DNA of 64,000 bases from Gemmatimonadaceae bacterium (GCA_044224875.1 JBGAJQ010000005.1:1-64000); one strand, 5' to 3'; shown: positions 40,116 through 49,260, counted from the stretch's first letter. Translations and numbers: made by a program. Notes: generated by a model from the letters alone, not told the origin.

Positions 40116-41027
40116 ATGACCAACCCGTCCGTCGTTCGCTCGCCCGCAGGCCGTGCGCCTGGCCAGCCCGGAGTCCCTCGCATAGGCAAGAAGAGTGCGT
40201 TCGACGAGGGCTCGCTCGACCAGTACTTGCGCGACATCAGTGCGTATCCACTCATCTCGCGGGAAGAAGAGGTGAACCTGGCGGGCCGGATCCGGAATGG
40301 TGACCAGGAGGCGTTGGACAAGCTGGTGCGCAGCAACCTGCGCTTTGTGGTGTCGGTGGCCAAGAAGTACCAGAATCAGGGCGTGTCGCTGTCCGACCTG
40401 ATCAACGAGGGGAACCTCGGCCTCATTCGCGCCGCACATAAATTCGACGAGACCAAGGGGATCAAGTTCATCTCGTACGCCGTGTGGTGGATTCGCCAGG
40501 CGATCCTTCAGGCGCTGGCCGAACAGTCACGCATCGTGCGAGTACCGCTGAACCGCGCCGGCACGCTGCACCGCATCGGCAAGCGCGCCAATGCGTTGCT
40601 GCAGGAGTTGGGTCGCGAGGCGACACACGCCGAGATTGCCGATGGCATGGACATCACGGAAGAGGAAGTTGCCAAGACGATGTCCATTTCCCAGGCGCAC
40701 CTGTCACTCGATGCGCCGTTGACGCCGGGCGAAGACAACAAGCTGCTCGATTACCTGCCGGACAATCTGAATCCCACGCCGGACGAACAGACGTTCGAGA
40801 AGGCGCTGACGGAGTCGATCGAGGAGGCCCTCGCCAGCCTCAAGGAGCGCGAGGCGAAAATCCTCCGGCTGTACTTCGGCCTCGACGGCGAGGAGCCGAT
40901 GACGCTGGAGCAGATCGGGTCCTTGTTAGGCATCACGCGCGAACGAGTCCGGCAGATCAAGGAAAAGGCGCTCTCCCGCTTGCGCCATGTGAGCCGTGCG
41001 CGCGCCCTCGAGAGCTTCCTCGGGTAA
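40116..41027 (+). CDS. RNA polymerase sigma-70 factor, RpoD/SigA family, lacking region 1.1
   Basis: YLRDI, NLRFVVSVAKKY, DLINEGNLGL, KFISYAVWWIRQAI and TRERVRQI. Confidence 0.93.
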   Translation: MTNPSVVRSPAGRAPGQPGVPRIGKKSAFDEGSLDQYLRDISAYPLISREEEVNLAGRIRNGDQEALDKLVRSNLRFVVSVAKKYQNQGVSLSDLINEGNLGLIRAAHKFDETKGIKFISYAVWWIRQAILQALAEQSRIVRVPLNRAGTLHRIGKRANALLQELGREATHAEIADGMDITEEEVAKTMSISQAHLSLDAPLTPGEDNKLLDYLPDNLNPTPDEQTFEKALTESIEEALASLKEREAKILRLYFGLDGEEPMTLEQIGSLLGITRERVRQIKEKALSRLRHVSRARALESFLG

Positions 41028-41051
41028 CGCCACGCCGGACGGTCCGGATTC

Positions 41052-41528
41052 ATGACCTCGCCGCCCACGCCTCCCTCCGCGCGCGGCACCGCATCGCTCC
41101 GCGATGGCAATGAAGACCTAGGGTTCGACCCGGCCCGGCCGGCCGCGGCGCTGCGCATGATCGGTCGGGCCTTGGCCCTCCGGTGTCCTTCGTGTGGCGG
41201 CGGTCCCGTGCTGAAGCATTGGCTGGCCATGCGCGGGCAGTGCGGGGCGTGCGGACTGGCCATCGAGCGCGGTGAACGCGACTACTTCATCGGGTCCATG
41301 ATGTGGAACCTGGTGCTATCCGAAGGGCTGTTTATCACGGCGTTCATCGCTGCCCTCGTCTGGCAGTGGCCGAACGTGAACTGGACGGCCATTCAGGTCA
41401 TCGCTCCCGTGGGGATGGCGGTCACGCCCGTTCTCCTCTTTCCTGTTTCCAAGTTGATGTGGCTGGCGTTCGACCTGATCCTGCGTCCCGAACGGCGGGT
41501 CACCGAACGGACCCTACCCCCTGAGTGA
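41052..41528 (+). CDS. DUF983-like Zn-ribbon membrane protein
   Basis: RCPSCG..CGACG followed by two TMs and WLAFDL. Confidence 0.7.
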   Translation: MTSPPTPPSARGTASLRDGNEDLGFDPARPAAALRMIGRALALRCPSCGGGPVLKHWLAMRGQCGACGLAIERGERDYFIGSMMWNLVLSEGLFITAFIAALVWQWPNVNWTAIQVIAPVGMAVTPVLLFPVSKLMWLAFDLILRPERRVTERTLPPE

Positions 41529-41533
41529 CCTTC

Positions 41534-42034
41534 ATGGCACAGAATTCCTCGTTTGACGTGACGACCGGCGTCGACCTGCAGGAGGTCGACAACGCAGTGA
41601 ACCAGGCGCAGAAGGAGATTGCCCAGCGCTACGACTTCAAGGGCTCCAAGGCCGCGATCGACTTCAGCAAGGCCGAAAAAAAGTTGGTGCTGACGGCCGA
41701 TGACGACTTCAAGATGCGCGCGCTCTTTGACGTCTTGCAGGGCAAGCTGATCAAGCGCGGCGTCTCCGTGAAGAATATCGACATTGGCGAGACCAAGCCG
41801 GCCGGCGGCGACACGGTGCGCAAGGAAATCGGCCTCAAGATGGCGCTCGATGGGGAGACGGCCAAACGTGTGGCGGCGGCGATCAAGGACGCCAAGTTGA
41901 AGAAGGTCCAGGCCGCGATCCAGGGCGAGCAGGTGCGGATTTCCGGCCCATCCAAGGACGACCTGCAGGAGGCGATGGCGCTCCTGCGTGCGGGCGATTT
42001 TGGAGTGGAGCTGAAGTTCGGGAACTACCGCTGA
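41534..42034 (+). CDS. yajQ: YajQ family nucleotide/c-di-GMP-binding protein
   Basis: SFDV, EVDNAVNQ, RYDFKG, KVQAAIQGEQVR and FGNYR. Confidence 0.92.
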   Translation: MAQNSSFDVTTGVDLQEVDNAVNQAQKEIAQRYDFKGSKAAIDFSKAEKKLVLTADDDFKMRALFDVLQGKLIKRGVSVKNIDIGETKPAGGDTVRKEIGLKMALDGETAKRVAAAIKDAKLKKVQAAIQGEQVRISGPSKDDLQEAMALLRAGDFGVELKFGNYR

Positions 42035-45000
42035 ACGGGTTGGTCCCGGGCCATGAGGGCGTGATACCGGGCAGCGAGTGGGGCGAAGTCGCCCTCGCTC
42101 AAGCGCGCGGCGAATGAGGCAACGTGCGGTTCGGCGGCGCGAAGGCCTGCCGTGGCAAATGGTTCGGCGACCTCCGCGACCAGCCACGCCGCACTGAACC
42201 AGTTGTTCCGGTCGGCCAGCTGCAACTCTTGGGCAAACATTCGCTCGGCCAGGTCGTGGTCGCCGTCGCGGAGCGCCACGCGTACCTGCAAGGCAGCGAG
42301 GGCGTCGCGACCCTGGAACCACCAGTCGCCGCGCTCGGCGGACAGCGCCTGCGCCGTGCGCAGGCACGCCTTGGCCTCGTCCACCCGGCCACTGGCCAGG
42401 CCGACGAGTCCCTGGCCGGCGCGGGCGCCGATCTCCAGGTCGCGGCGGCCGATGGTGGCGGCCAGTGAGGACACGTCCAGGTACAACTCGCGGGCCCGCT
42501 CGTAGTCCTGCCGCTCATGGGCCAACTTCGCCAGGTTGTAGGTGGCGGCTAGCCGGTGCGGTTCGTTGTGCACCAGGCGGAAGCGGCGCATGGCCTCCGA
42601 GAAGCAGGCATCGGCCTCCTCGTACCGGCCGACATTCAGCTGCAACACGCCAAGGTTGAGCGCCGCAAGGCCGGCGATGTCGGGGGCGTGGGTGCGGCGC
42701 GCCAGTTCCAATGCACTGCGATACTCGCGCATGGCGCCGTCGGCGTCGCCAAGTTTCGCCAGCGCGATCCCCAGGTTCACGCGGCAACGCGCCTGGGCAA
42801 CAAAGTCGCCGAGCGCTTCCACCGTGCGGAGGGCGCGCGCATAGCACTCGCGCGCTTCCGAGGTGTCGCCGTCCAACAGGGTGGACGCCAGCCGCATGAG
42901 CGAGTCGGCGAGGGGGCGCCGGTCGTCCAGGCGCTCGGCCGCCTCGACACTGGCGCGCGCCAACGTTCGCGCGGTCACCGTGTCACCCATCAGGAAGTGG
43001 GTGTGACAGAGCATGTTCAACAGCGCCACTTCTTCTGCCAGCTCACCGTTGGATCGGGCTTCCCGCAGCAACGCCTCGCAGGCGTCGCGCGTGTCCTCCA
43101 GCGGCTGACCGCGCAGGATTCGCAACCGCTCGCGCAGGCGACGCACCGGTAGCATGGAACCGCGCTCGCCACTGGCCACGGCGTCGGCGGTGATGACGTC
43201 GCAGATCGCTTCGGCCTCCTCGTACTTCCCGGCCAGCTCCAACGACTGGGCGTGCCGGAAGCGGGCGCGATTTGCCTCGGCGACCGTCGGGGCATGGCGC
43301 TGGGCCACGAGGAACGACGCCGCCGCTTCGTCGTGTGCGTAGACTGCCACGGCCTGTTCGGCGGCGCTGAGGGCGTACCGGAACGCTGCCTCATGCACAC
43401 CGGCGGCGTCGTAGTGCGCGGCAATCTCCGCCAAGGCGTTAGGCCGCCGGGCTACAAAGGCCTCGGCGACCCGCTCGTGCATGCGGCGCAGACGACGCGA
43501 GTTCACCGATCGCTGCACGGCATCCGCGATGAGCCCGTGCGTGAACGTGAACTGCTCACTGTCGCTCGTACCAACGGCCTCGATGACGTTGGCCTTGAGT
43601 GCTTCGTCGACGGCATCCAGCAACACGTCCTCCGACTCGCCACTGGCCACCAGCCACGTGTCGACGTCGAAGCTGCGCCCGATGACAGCGGCCAATGCGA
43701 GCTGCTGGCGTGCCGTTTCGCTCACCTTGTCCAGACGACGTGCGATGAGGTCGGAGATGGCCGTCGGCAACCGCAGTTCGGGATTCGGCTTCCACTCCCA
43801 TCGCTTTCCGGTGAACCAGATGCCCCCGTCTTCCTGCAGGGAGCGCAGGACGTGCACCACCAGGAGTGGGTTGCCTTCGGTGTAGCGATGCAGGAACCGC
43901 GGGAACTCCTGGTCCGCGTCGCCCTGATGGAAGATCACCTCGATCCACTGGGCAACGTCGGGCTCAGAGAGGCGGTGCACCATCACTTCGGCGAATCGTT
44001 CGTCGCGTGCCAGGCGGCGGCGCCGGTCGGTGATCGGGCCCGAGTCTTCCTCGCGGATCGTCAGGCAGATCATCATCCGCTCGTGTTCGAGCTGGTGGAG
44101 TACGTACTCCAGTGCGTCCCATGTCGACGCGTCGGCCCACTGCATGTCATCCAGCACGATCGTCAAGGGGACGAACGCGCTGGCCAGTCGCAGGTACTCG
44201 GCCAGCTCGGCGAGCAGGGCGTAGCGGCTGCCGGACGCGTCGGGGACGGTGGGGCCCTTGGCCATCGAGGGCACGAGTCGGGGCAGTTCGCGCCATTCAC
44301 GCGGTGGGACGACGCCCAGCGCGTCTACCTGCTCGACGACTTCGGCCCACGCGCCGTAGGGAGGCTTCACGTCGGCTTCGACGCAGCGCCCCATGAGCAG
44401 TGCCCCGCCTCGCAAGCGCACTTCTGGTCGAAGCTGACGGAGGAGGGTGGTCTTGCCGATACCCGCTTCGCCGACGAGCGCCGTGACGCACGGCGTCCCG
44501 GCCACCGAACGTTCCAGTCCCTCGATCAGCCGGCGCAATTCCCGCACGCGGCCCACGAAGCGCTCGAAGTTGAGTGAAGGGGCACGGCTGTCGCGGTCGA
44601 GGTCGCGGGCGGCACAGGCTCCGTTTCGCCCGGCGCGCTTGGCTTCGTAGAGCGCGCGGTCGGCCTCGGCAAAGAGGGCCTCGGACTGGTCGGCCTCGGC
44701 CGGCGCCGAGGCGACGCCAATGGACAGCGTGACGCCGATCGTGCCTTCGCGGCGCTCGCGCATGGCCAGTCGGCGCCCTTCGACTTCGCGACAGAGTCGC
44801 CTCGCCAGTTCCAACGCTTCGTCCGTGCTGGTGGATGGGAGGAGCACGACGAACTCGTCGCCCGCATAACGGCCAACGATGTCGCCGGTGCGCACCACAC
44901 TCCGGATCGAGTCCGCCACTGCCCGCAGCACGTCGTCGCCCTGCAGGTGGCCGAACGTGTCATTCACCAGCTTGAAGTGGTCGACGTCGAGTACCAGCAG

Positions 45001-46794
45001 CGAGGTCGGTCGCTCGGGCGTCGCAGACTCCAACGCGCGTTCGAGGGCACTGAGGAACGAGCGACGTAGCAGCAGTCCGGTGAGTTCGTCCCGCGCTTCG
45101 GCTTCACGCGGCGCTGCGGCGACCTGTCGTTCGGTGCGTGGTGCCGTTCGAGGTGGCGGCGGTGCCTCGCGCGTGATCTCGTCGAACAGGTCAAAGAGAT
45201 CTGGATCGAACTGGCGGCCCACGTCGCGGCGCATGACCTCGAGCGCCTCTTCGTGCGGCAGCCCGCGCTTGTAGCTCCGCTCGGACGTCAGTGCGTCATA
45301 GACGTCGGCGATGCATACGATGCGCGCCCACAGGGGAATCTGCGATGCCGCCAGTCCATCGGGATATCCGGTGCCGTCCCAATTCTCGTGATGCGAGCGC
45401 ACCATGGGCAGCACGTCGTACGGGAAGTCCACGTCCTGCAACATGCGCACGCCGGCCTGCGTGTGCTCGCGCATCAGCGACCATTCGTCGGACGTGAGCT
45501 TTCCCGGCTTGTTGAGGATCTCCGGCACGATCACCAGCTTGCCCACATCGTGCAGGAGCGCGCCGACGCGGAACCAGAACATGGCGCGACCATCCACACC
45601 GGCGCGACGCGCCAAGGCACAGGCGAGGTCGGCGACGCGCTCGCAATGACCCTGTGTGTACTGGTCCTTCGCTTCGATCGACTCACCCCAGCGCAACACG
45701 ACGGCGAGGAACTCACTTTCGAGGCGACGCGTGAGCTGGTCGACGTCGGCGACCGCGTGCTTGGCGCGCAGCTGCGAGAACAGGCGATGGGCGCTGTTCA
45801 GCGACGAGAGGAGTTCGCGGTTGCGTCCCTGTTGCCGGTAGAGTTCCGCCGTCTCCTTGGCCACCTGGGCCTGGAGGAGCACGTCCTCGCGGGTGCGCGC
45901 CAGCTCCATCGACCTCGTGAAGTGCTGCTCGGCTTTTTCCAGGTCGCCTTGCTCGCGCGCGATGACGCCGAGGATCTTCTCCGCCTCGCCGAGGACCGCC
46001 GCGTCGCTGCCGCGGTCGAGAGAGACGGCCCGCCGGCACCCCTCGCTCGCCAGGTCGAACGAACCCCGCCGCAGCCACATGTCGGCGGCATTGAGTTCGA
46101 TCATGGACCAGGTGGCGATCTCGCCTAACGCTGCGGCGATATGGAGCGCTTCCTGGAAGGCCCGTTCGGCGGCCGGCCAGTCCGAGCGCTCGGTGTGGAG
46201 CCGCCCGAGGTTGTTCAGCACGATGCAGATGTCGCGAGCCAGCCCGAGGGACCGGTAACTGGAGAGCGACGCATCGTAGTACCGGAGCGCGGCATCGTAG
46301 TCGCCGCGCACGTTGGCGACGACGCCGAGGTTCTGGGCCGTGGTGGCCGCCAGACGCGCGTCCGACGCGGCGCGCGCCACGTCCAAGGCGCGGCGATAGA
46401 GCTCCTGCGCCAGGTCCAGCTCCCCGCGCTGCCAATGGACCACGCCGCGCATGTTCAAGGCGTGCCCGCGCGAGACCGTATCGCCGCCAGCTTCGGCGAT
46501 TGCCTCAGCCGCCGTTAGGCAGTCGAGCGCCGCATCGTAGTTCGCCTCGAGTTGCCAGGTACGCGCAATCCAGCGCATGAGCGCGGACGCGCGCCCGGGC
46601 GTTGGCGCTTCGCGAATGCGCCACACCGCCAGCTCGTACGCGTCGCGTGCCGCCGCACTCTCGCTACGGCGCTCGAGCGCCTCGCCCTGTGCCAGTAGTG
46701 CTTCCCATGACAGGTCGTTGAGCGTCGTCACCGCAGGCACGCCATCCACCGTCGCCGTCGGAGGGTCGGCGACCGTGCGTTTGGATTCAGCCAT
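42025..46794 (-). CDS. Multidomain TPR - HD-GYP - GGDEF - STAND-type AAA ATPase - TPR signalling protein
   Basis: N-terminal TPRs; HCERVA, HDVGK, HHENWDGTGYP; DVDHFK.VND..GH..GD, RYAGDEF; GEAGIGKT, LDDMQWAD, GNP; C-terminal TPRs. Confidence 0.9.
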   Translation of the reverse strand: MAESKRTVADPPTATVDGVPAVTTLNDLSWEALLAQGEALERRSESAAARDAYELAVWRIREAPTPGRASALMRWIARTWQLEANYDAALDCLTAAEAIAEAGGDTVSRGHALNMRGVVHWQRGELDLAQELYRRALDVARAASDARLAATTAQNLGVVANVRGDYDAALRYYDASLSSYRSLGLARDICIVLNNLGRLHTERSDWPAAERAFQEALHIAAALGEIATWSMIELNAADMWLRRGSFDLASEGCRRAVSLDRGSDAAVLGEAEKILGVIAREQGDLEKAEQHFTRSMELARTREDVLLQAQVAKETAELYRQQGRNRELLSSLNSAHRLFSQLRAKHAVADVDQLTRRLESEFLAVVLRWGESIEAKDQYTQGHCERVADLACALARRAGVDGRAMFWFRVGALLHDVGKLVIVPEILNKPGKLTSDEWSLMREHTQAGVRMLQDVDFPYDVLPMVRSHHENWDGTGYPDGLAASQIPLWARIVCIADVYDALTSERSYKRGLPHEEALEVMRRDVGRQFDPDLFDLFDEITREAPPPPRTAPRTERQVAAAPREAEARDELTGLLLRRSFLSALERALESATPERPTSLLVLDVDHFKLVNDTFGHLQGDDVLRAVADSIRSVVRTGDIVGRYAGDEFVVLLPSTSTDEALELARRLCREVEGRRLAMRERREGTIGVTLSIGVASAPAEADQSEALFAEADRALYEAKRAGRNGACAARDLDRDSRAPSLNFERFVGRVRELRRLIEGLERSVAGTPCVTALVGEAGIGKTTLLRQLRPEVRLRGGALLMGRCVEADVKPPYGAWAEVVEQVDALGVVPPREWRELPRLVPSMAKGPTVPDASGSRYALLAELAEYLRLASAFVPLTIVLDDMQWADASTWDALEYVLHQLEHERMMICLTIREEDSGPITDRRRRLARDERFAEVMVHRLSEPDVAQWIEVIFHQGDADQEFPRFLHRYTEGNPLLVVHVLRSLQEDGGIWFTGKRWEWKPNPELRLPTAISDLIARRLDKVSETARQQLALAAVIGRSFDVDTWLVASGESEDVLLDAVDEALKANVIEAVGTSDSEQFTFTHGLIADAVQRSVNSRRLRRMHERVAEAFVARRPNALAEIAAHYDAAGVHEAAFRYALSAAEQAVAVYAHDEAAASFLVAQRHAPTVAEANRARFRHAQSLELAGKYEEAEAICDVITADAVASGERGSMLPVRRLRERLRILRGQPLEDTRDACEALLREARSNGELAEEVALLNMLCHTHFLMGDTVTARTLARASVEAAERLDDRRPLADSLMRLASTLLDGDTSEARECYARALRTVEALGDFVAQARCRVNLGIALAKLGDADGAMREYRSALELARRTHAPDIAGLAALNLGVLQLNVGRYEEADACFSEAMRRFRLVHNEPHRLAATYNLAKLAHERQDYERARELYLDVSSLAATIGRRDLEIGARAGQGLVGLASGRVDEAKACLRTAQALSAERGDWWFQGRDALAALQVRVALRDGDHDLAERMFAQELQLADRNNWFSAAWLVAEVAEPFATAGLRAAEPHVASFAARLSEGDFAPLAARYHALMARDQPVQR

Positions 46795-47063
46795 CGCGCG
46801 TGGTTCGGGGCTGGGAAAGCGCTGGGAGGATTGGAGATGCGTCAGGTCCTTGGCGGCGGACCCATGTGTGATTCAAGGACGACTGCCCGTAGTCGCGGGT
46901 AAAGGGTTTCCGGCAACTCGCCCCGTGGCGAGTGGGGCCTACCCGGCCGCGCGACAAGTAGGGGAGGGAGGCCGTCAGGCCAGCCCTCACCGCGGGACGT
47001 CCCCGGGAAGCACCGGCGCGAGGCCAAGGGCCAGATTCGGGCGGGCGGCCGGCTTGAAAGCCG

Positions 47064-47095
47064 CACGCGGGGGCCGCTTTCGCGACCCCCGCGTG
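47064..47095 (-). terminator. GC-rich hairpin, probable intrinsic terminator or attenuator after the small peptide gene
   Basis: Minus strand CACGCGGGGGTCGC-GAAA-GCGGCCCCCGCGTG: 14-bp stem with one G-U pair, GNRA loop, weak U tract. Confidence 0.6.
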
Positions 47096-47158
47096 TCTTA
47101 CCTGCTGCTGTCGAGCGCTGCCCCCGCTCGGGGCGGCAGGTTCGGATCCTCAGGTTGT

Positions 47159-47230
47159 CTATGCCGAGATGACCAGGAAGCCAGCCGCGACAAAGAACGG
47201 GACCCAGCGACGGAAGCTATAGAGTTTCAT
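47159..47230 (-). CDS. Unannotated 23-aa hydrophobic peptide MKLYSFRRWVPFFVAAGFLVISA (candidate signalling-peptide precursor)
   Basis: ATG 15 nt after the lipoprotein stop; TAG at 47159-47161; basic N-terminus and hydrophobic core; followed by hairpins. No clear SD. Confidence 0.6.
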   Translation of the reverse strand: MKLYSFRRWVPFFVAAGFLVISA

Positions 47231-47245
47231 GTGTGGGGTCCCGGG

Positions 47246-47932
47246 TTAGAAGGCGACGACGTTGTAGCCGGAGAAGTGCCGCAGGTTGCGGAACACCCAG
47301 TACCCGGTTCCCATCTTGAGCGCATACGTCAGCTCAGACGCATCGGCCGCGCCTTCATCGACGCAGGTGCCGAAGCGGTTGCACCACGGGATCACCACGC
47401 GGCTGAAGTCGACCAGCGTCGGATCGTAGAAGTAGATCGACGGCATTGGGGCAGACGGCGAGAAGCGTACGTCGGGCGTGAAGTACGCGTACGGGCGACC
47501 GTCGTTGCCGGTCCACGAACGAACCGTGAAGGTGATCGACTGCGATGCCAGCTGGCAGGCCTTCAGCCATTCACCCGGGCCGTACGCCGTCGTCGCGGGG
47601 TCGCAGACGGTGTGGGCCGGAATCGCCACCTTGTCGTTCGCGCCAAAGCTCACAAAGGCGCCGACATTGGGGTCGATCGTGAACTGCTCGAACGTCGTAT
47701 CGCCAACCTGGCTGATCGTGACGCTCTTCTGCGGTAACATGCCAAAACGCGTGACAAAGTCGACGGCGGTCGGATCCCAGGACAGGATCGCCGCATCCGG
47801 CTTTGACGCCTGCAACGCGTTAGGCGACACCGTGGCAGCGCGCGGTGTCATTGGGCTGTCTGAACAAGCAGCCGTGAGCATGGCCACGGCGCCGAACAGG
47901 GCTGCAACGGGAAGACGTTTACGTACGGACAT
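47246..47932 (-). CDS. Lipoprotein of unknown function with C-terminal HFS motif
   Basis: GGAG SD; lipobox LTAA-C; ends RHFSGYNVVAF. Confidence 0.8.
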   Translation of the reverse strand: MSVRKRLPVAALFGAVAMLTAACSDSPMTPRAATVSPNALQASKPDAAILSWDPTAVDFVTRFGMLPQKSVTISQVGDTTFEQFTIDPNVGAFVSFGANDKVAIPAHTVCDPATTAYGPGEWLKACQLASQSITFTVRSWTGNDGRPYAYFTPDVRFSPSAPMPSIYFYDPTLVDFSRVVIPWCNRFGTCVDEGAADASELTYALKMGTGYWVFRNLRHFSGYNVVAF

Positions 47933-48003
47933 TCGGTATCTCCACGGCGAACGAGTGGTGGGACAGCGTGGGGAACAAGGCGACTGCGATTGGCGTCGTC
48001 TAA

Positions 48004-48019
48004 GGCAGCGAACGTGCCG
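48004..48019 (-). promoter_or_regulatory. Possible sigma-54 (-24/-12) promoter for the lipoprotein-peptide operon
   Basis: Minus strand CGGCACGTTCGCTGCC (GG-N10-GC), about 70 nt upstream of the ATG. Confidence 0.35.
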
Positions 48020-48299
48020 CAGCGCACATGTCCGGTGCGTCCTGGATCGCCGGTGGCCGATTCGGACATGACGTCTGACGTTCGGTCAAAATGCCGCCCG
48101 ATTCGCGAATGCATGACCGATCACGCGAAGCCACATTTTTGCCGACGATCCATGAAGCTTTCAGGCGCCAACAGGCGAATTGCGGTGACCGTGGCACTTC
48201 GCATGGCGCCCGGCGACCGCTGCGACAAGCCGGTCGATGGGTTAGTTTCCCCCTCCGAATGCGGTACGAAATCACTTTCTTTCGCTTGTGCTATCCACA

Positions 48300-49256
48300 A
48301 TGCAGGAAACACTTTGGCCCGCTCGACATCCACGGCGTATCGTGATCGGAGCTCGGGCTCACGCGGAGCTGATTTCCGGCATTGCTTCTCTTCGTCCGGA
48401 CCTCGAGTTCCGCGGGGCGCCGCACATCTCACTCACGGCCGATGACCTCAGCTGGGGGGACGCGTACCTCGGCTTCAAGCGCCCACCGACTCCAGACTGG
48501 GGCAGGATCGGCTGGATTCACTGCACCGGCGCGGGGGTCGATTCCTTTCTATATGGTGAGTCGCTGCCGGACTCGATCCTCCTGACCAGAACGAGTGAGC
48601 CATTTGGTCCGGCCATCGCCGAGTTTGCGTTGTCCAGGGCGCTGGCCTTCACACAGAGCTTCCGCGCCGTAGAGCGCCAACAGCAAGCCCGCGAGTGGAA
48701 GTCCGTTGAGACGCGCATGCTGGCCGGGAGCAAGGTGCTGATCGTTGGAACCGGCGAGGTGGGGACGGCAATCGCCGACCGGTTCTCCGCGATGGGCTGC
48801 CGCGTTTGGGGCGTGTCGCGTTCTGGAACGGCTCGTCCGGGTTTCGAGCGCGTCGCTCCAATGTCGGCGCTGGAGATGGAAGTGGGCGACGCCGACTTCC
48901 TGATACTCGCGACGCCGCTGACTCGGGAGACTCACCACCTGGTATCCCGGCAGGTCTTGGCGGCGTGCCGTGAGTCCGTCCTGATCAACGTTGGGCGAGG
49001 CGCGGTGGTCGATGAGGCGGCGTTGCCCGAGGCTCTGGACTCCGGATGGCTCAAGGGCGCAGCGCTCGACGTATTTGACGTCGAGCCGCTCCCCACCTCC
49101 TCTCCGCTTTGGGAGCGCGACGACGTGATGGTGTCACCGCATGGATCCGGGCCCACCACGCTTCCCGCCGCAGTCGAGAGCTTCCTGGAGACCCTCGCAA
49201 GCCTCGAACGCGGGGAGCGTCCCGTGGGGCTCGTGGATCGCGAGCGAGGTTACTAA
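48300..49256 (+). CDS. D-2-hydroxyacid dehydrogenase family protein
   Basis: GAGVD, GTGEVG, INVGRG, LDVFDVEPLP and SPH. Confidence 0.88.
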   Translation: MQETLWPARHPRRIVIGARAHAELISGIASLRPDLEFRGAPHISLTADDLSWGDAYLGFKRPPTPDWGRIGWIHCTGAGVDSFLYGESLPDSILLTRTSEPFGPAIAEFALSRALAFTQSFRAVERQQQAREWKSVETRMLAGSKVLIVGTGEVGTAIADRFSAMGCRVWGVSRSGTARPGFERVAPMSALEMEVGDADFLILATPLTRETHHLVSRQVLAACRESVLINVGRGAVVDEAALPEALDSGWLKGAALDVFDVEPLPTSSPLWERDDVMVSPHGSGPTTLPAAVESFLETLASLERGERPVGLVDRERGY

Positions 49257-49260
49257 GGCG

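Noticed and set aside
42025..46794. STAND-TPR protein as an Avs-type antiphage system
   Set aside because: The effector domains are c-di-GMP enzymes and there is no defence-island or mobile context. Signalling is more parsimonious, though defence is not excluded.
46787..47066. 67-aa and 74-aa minus-strand ORFs upstream of the receptor gene
   Set aside because: No SD, no motifs and atypical composition; the region looks like structured non-coding sequence.
46860..47100. Possible c-di-GMP-I/II riboswitch
   Set aside because: Hairpins are present, but I could not find the conserved GEMM core motifs.
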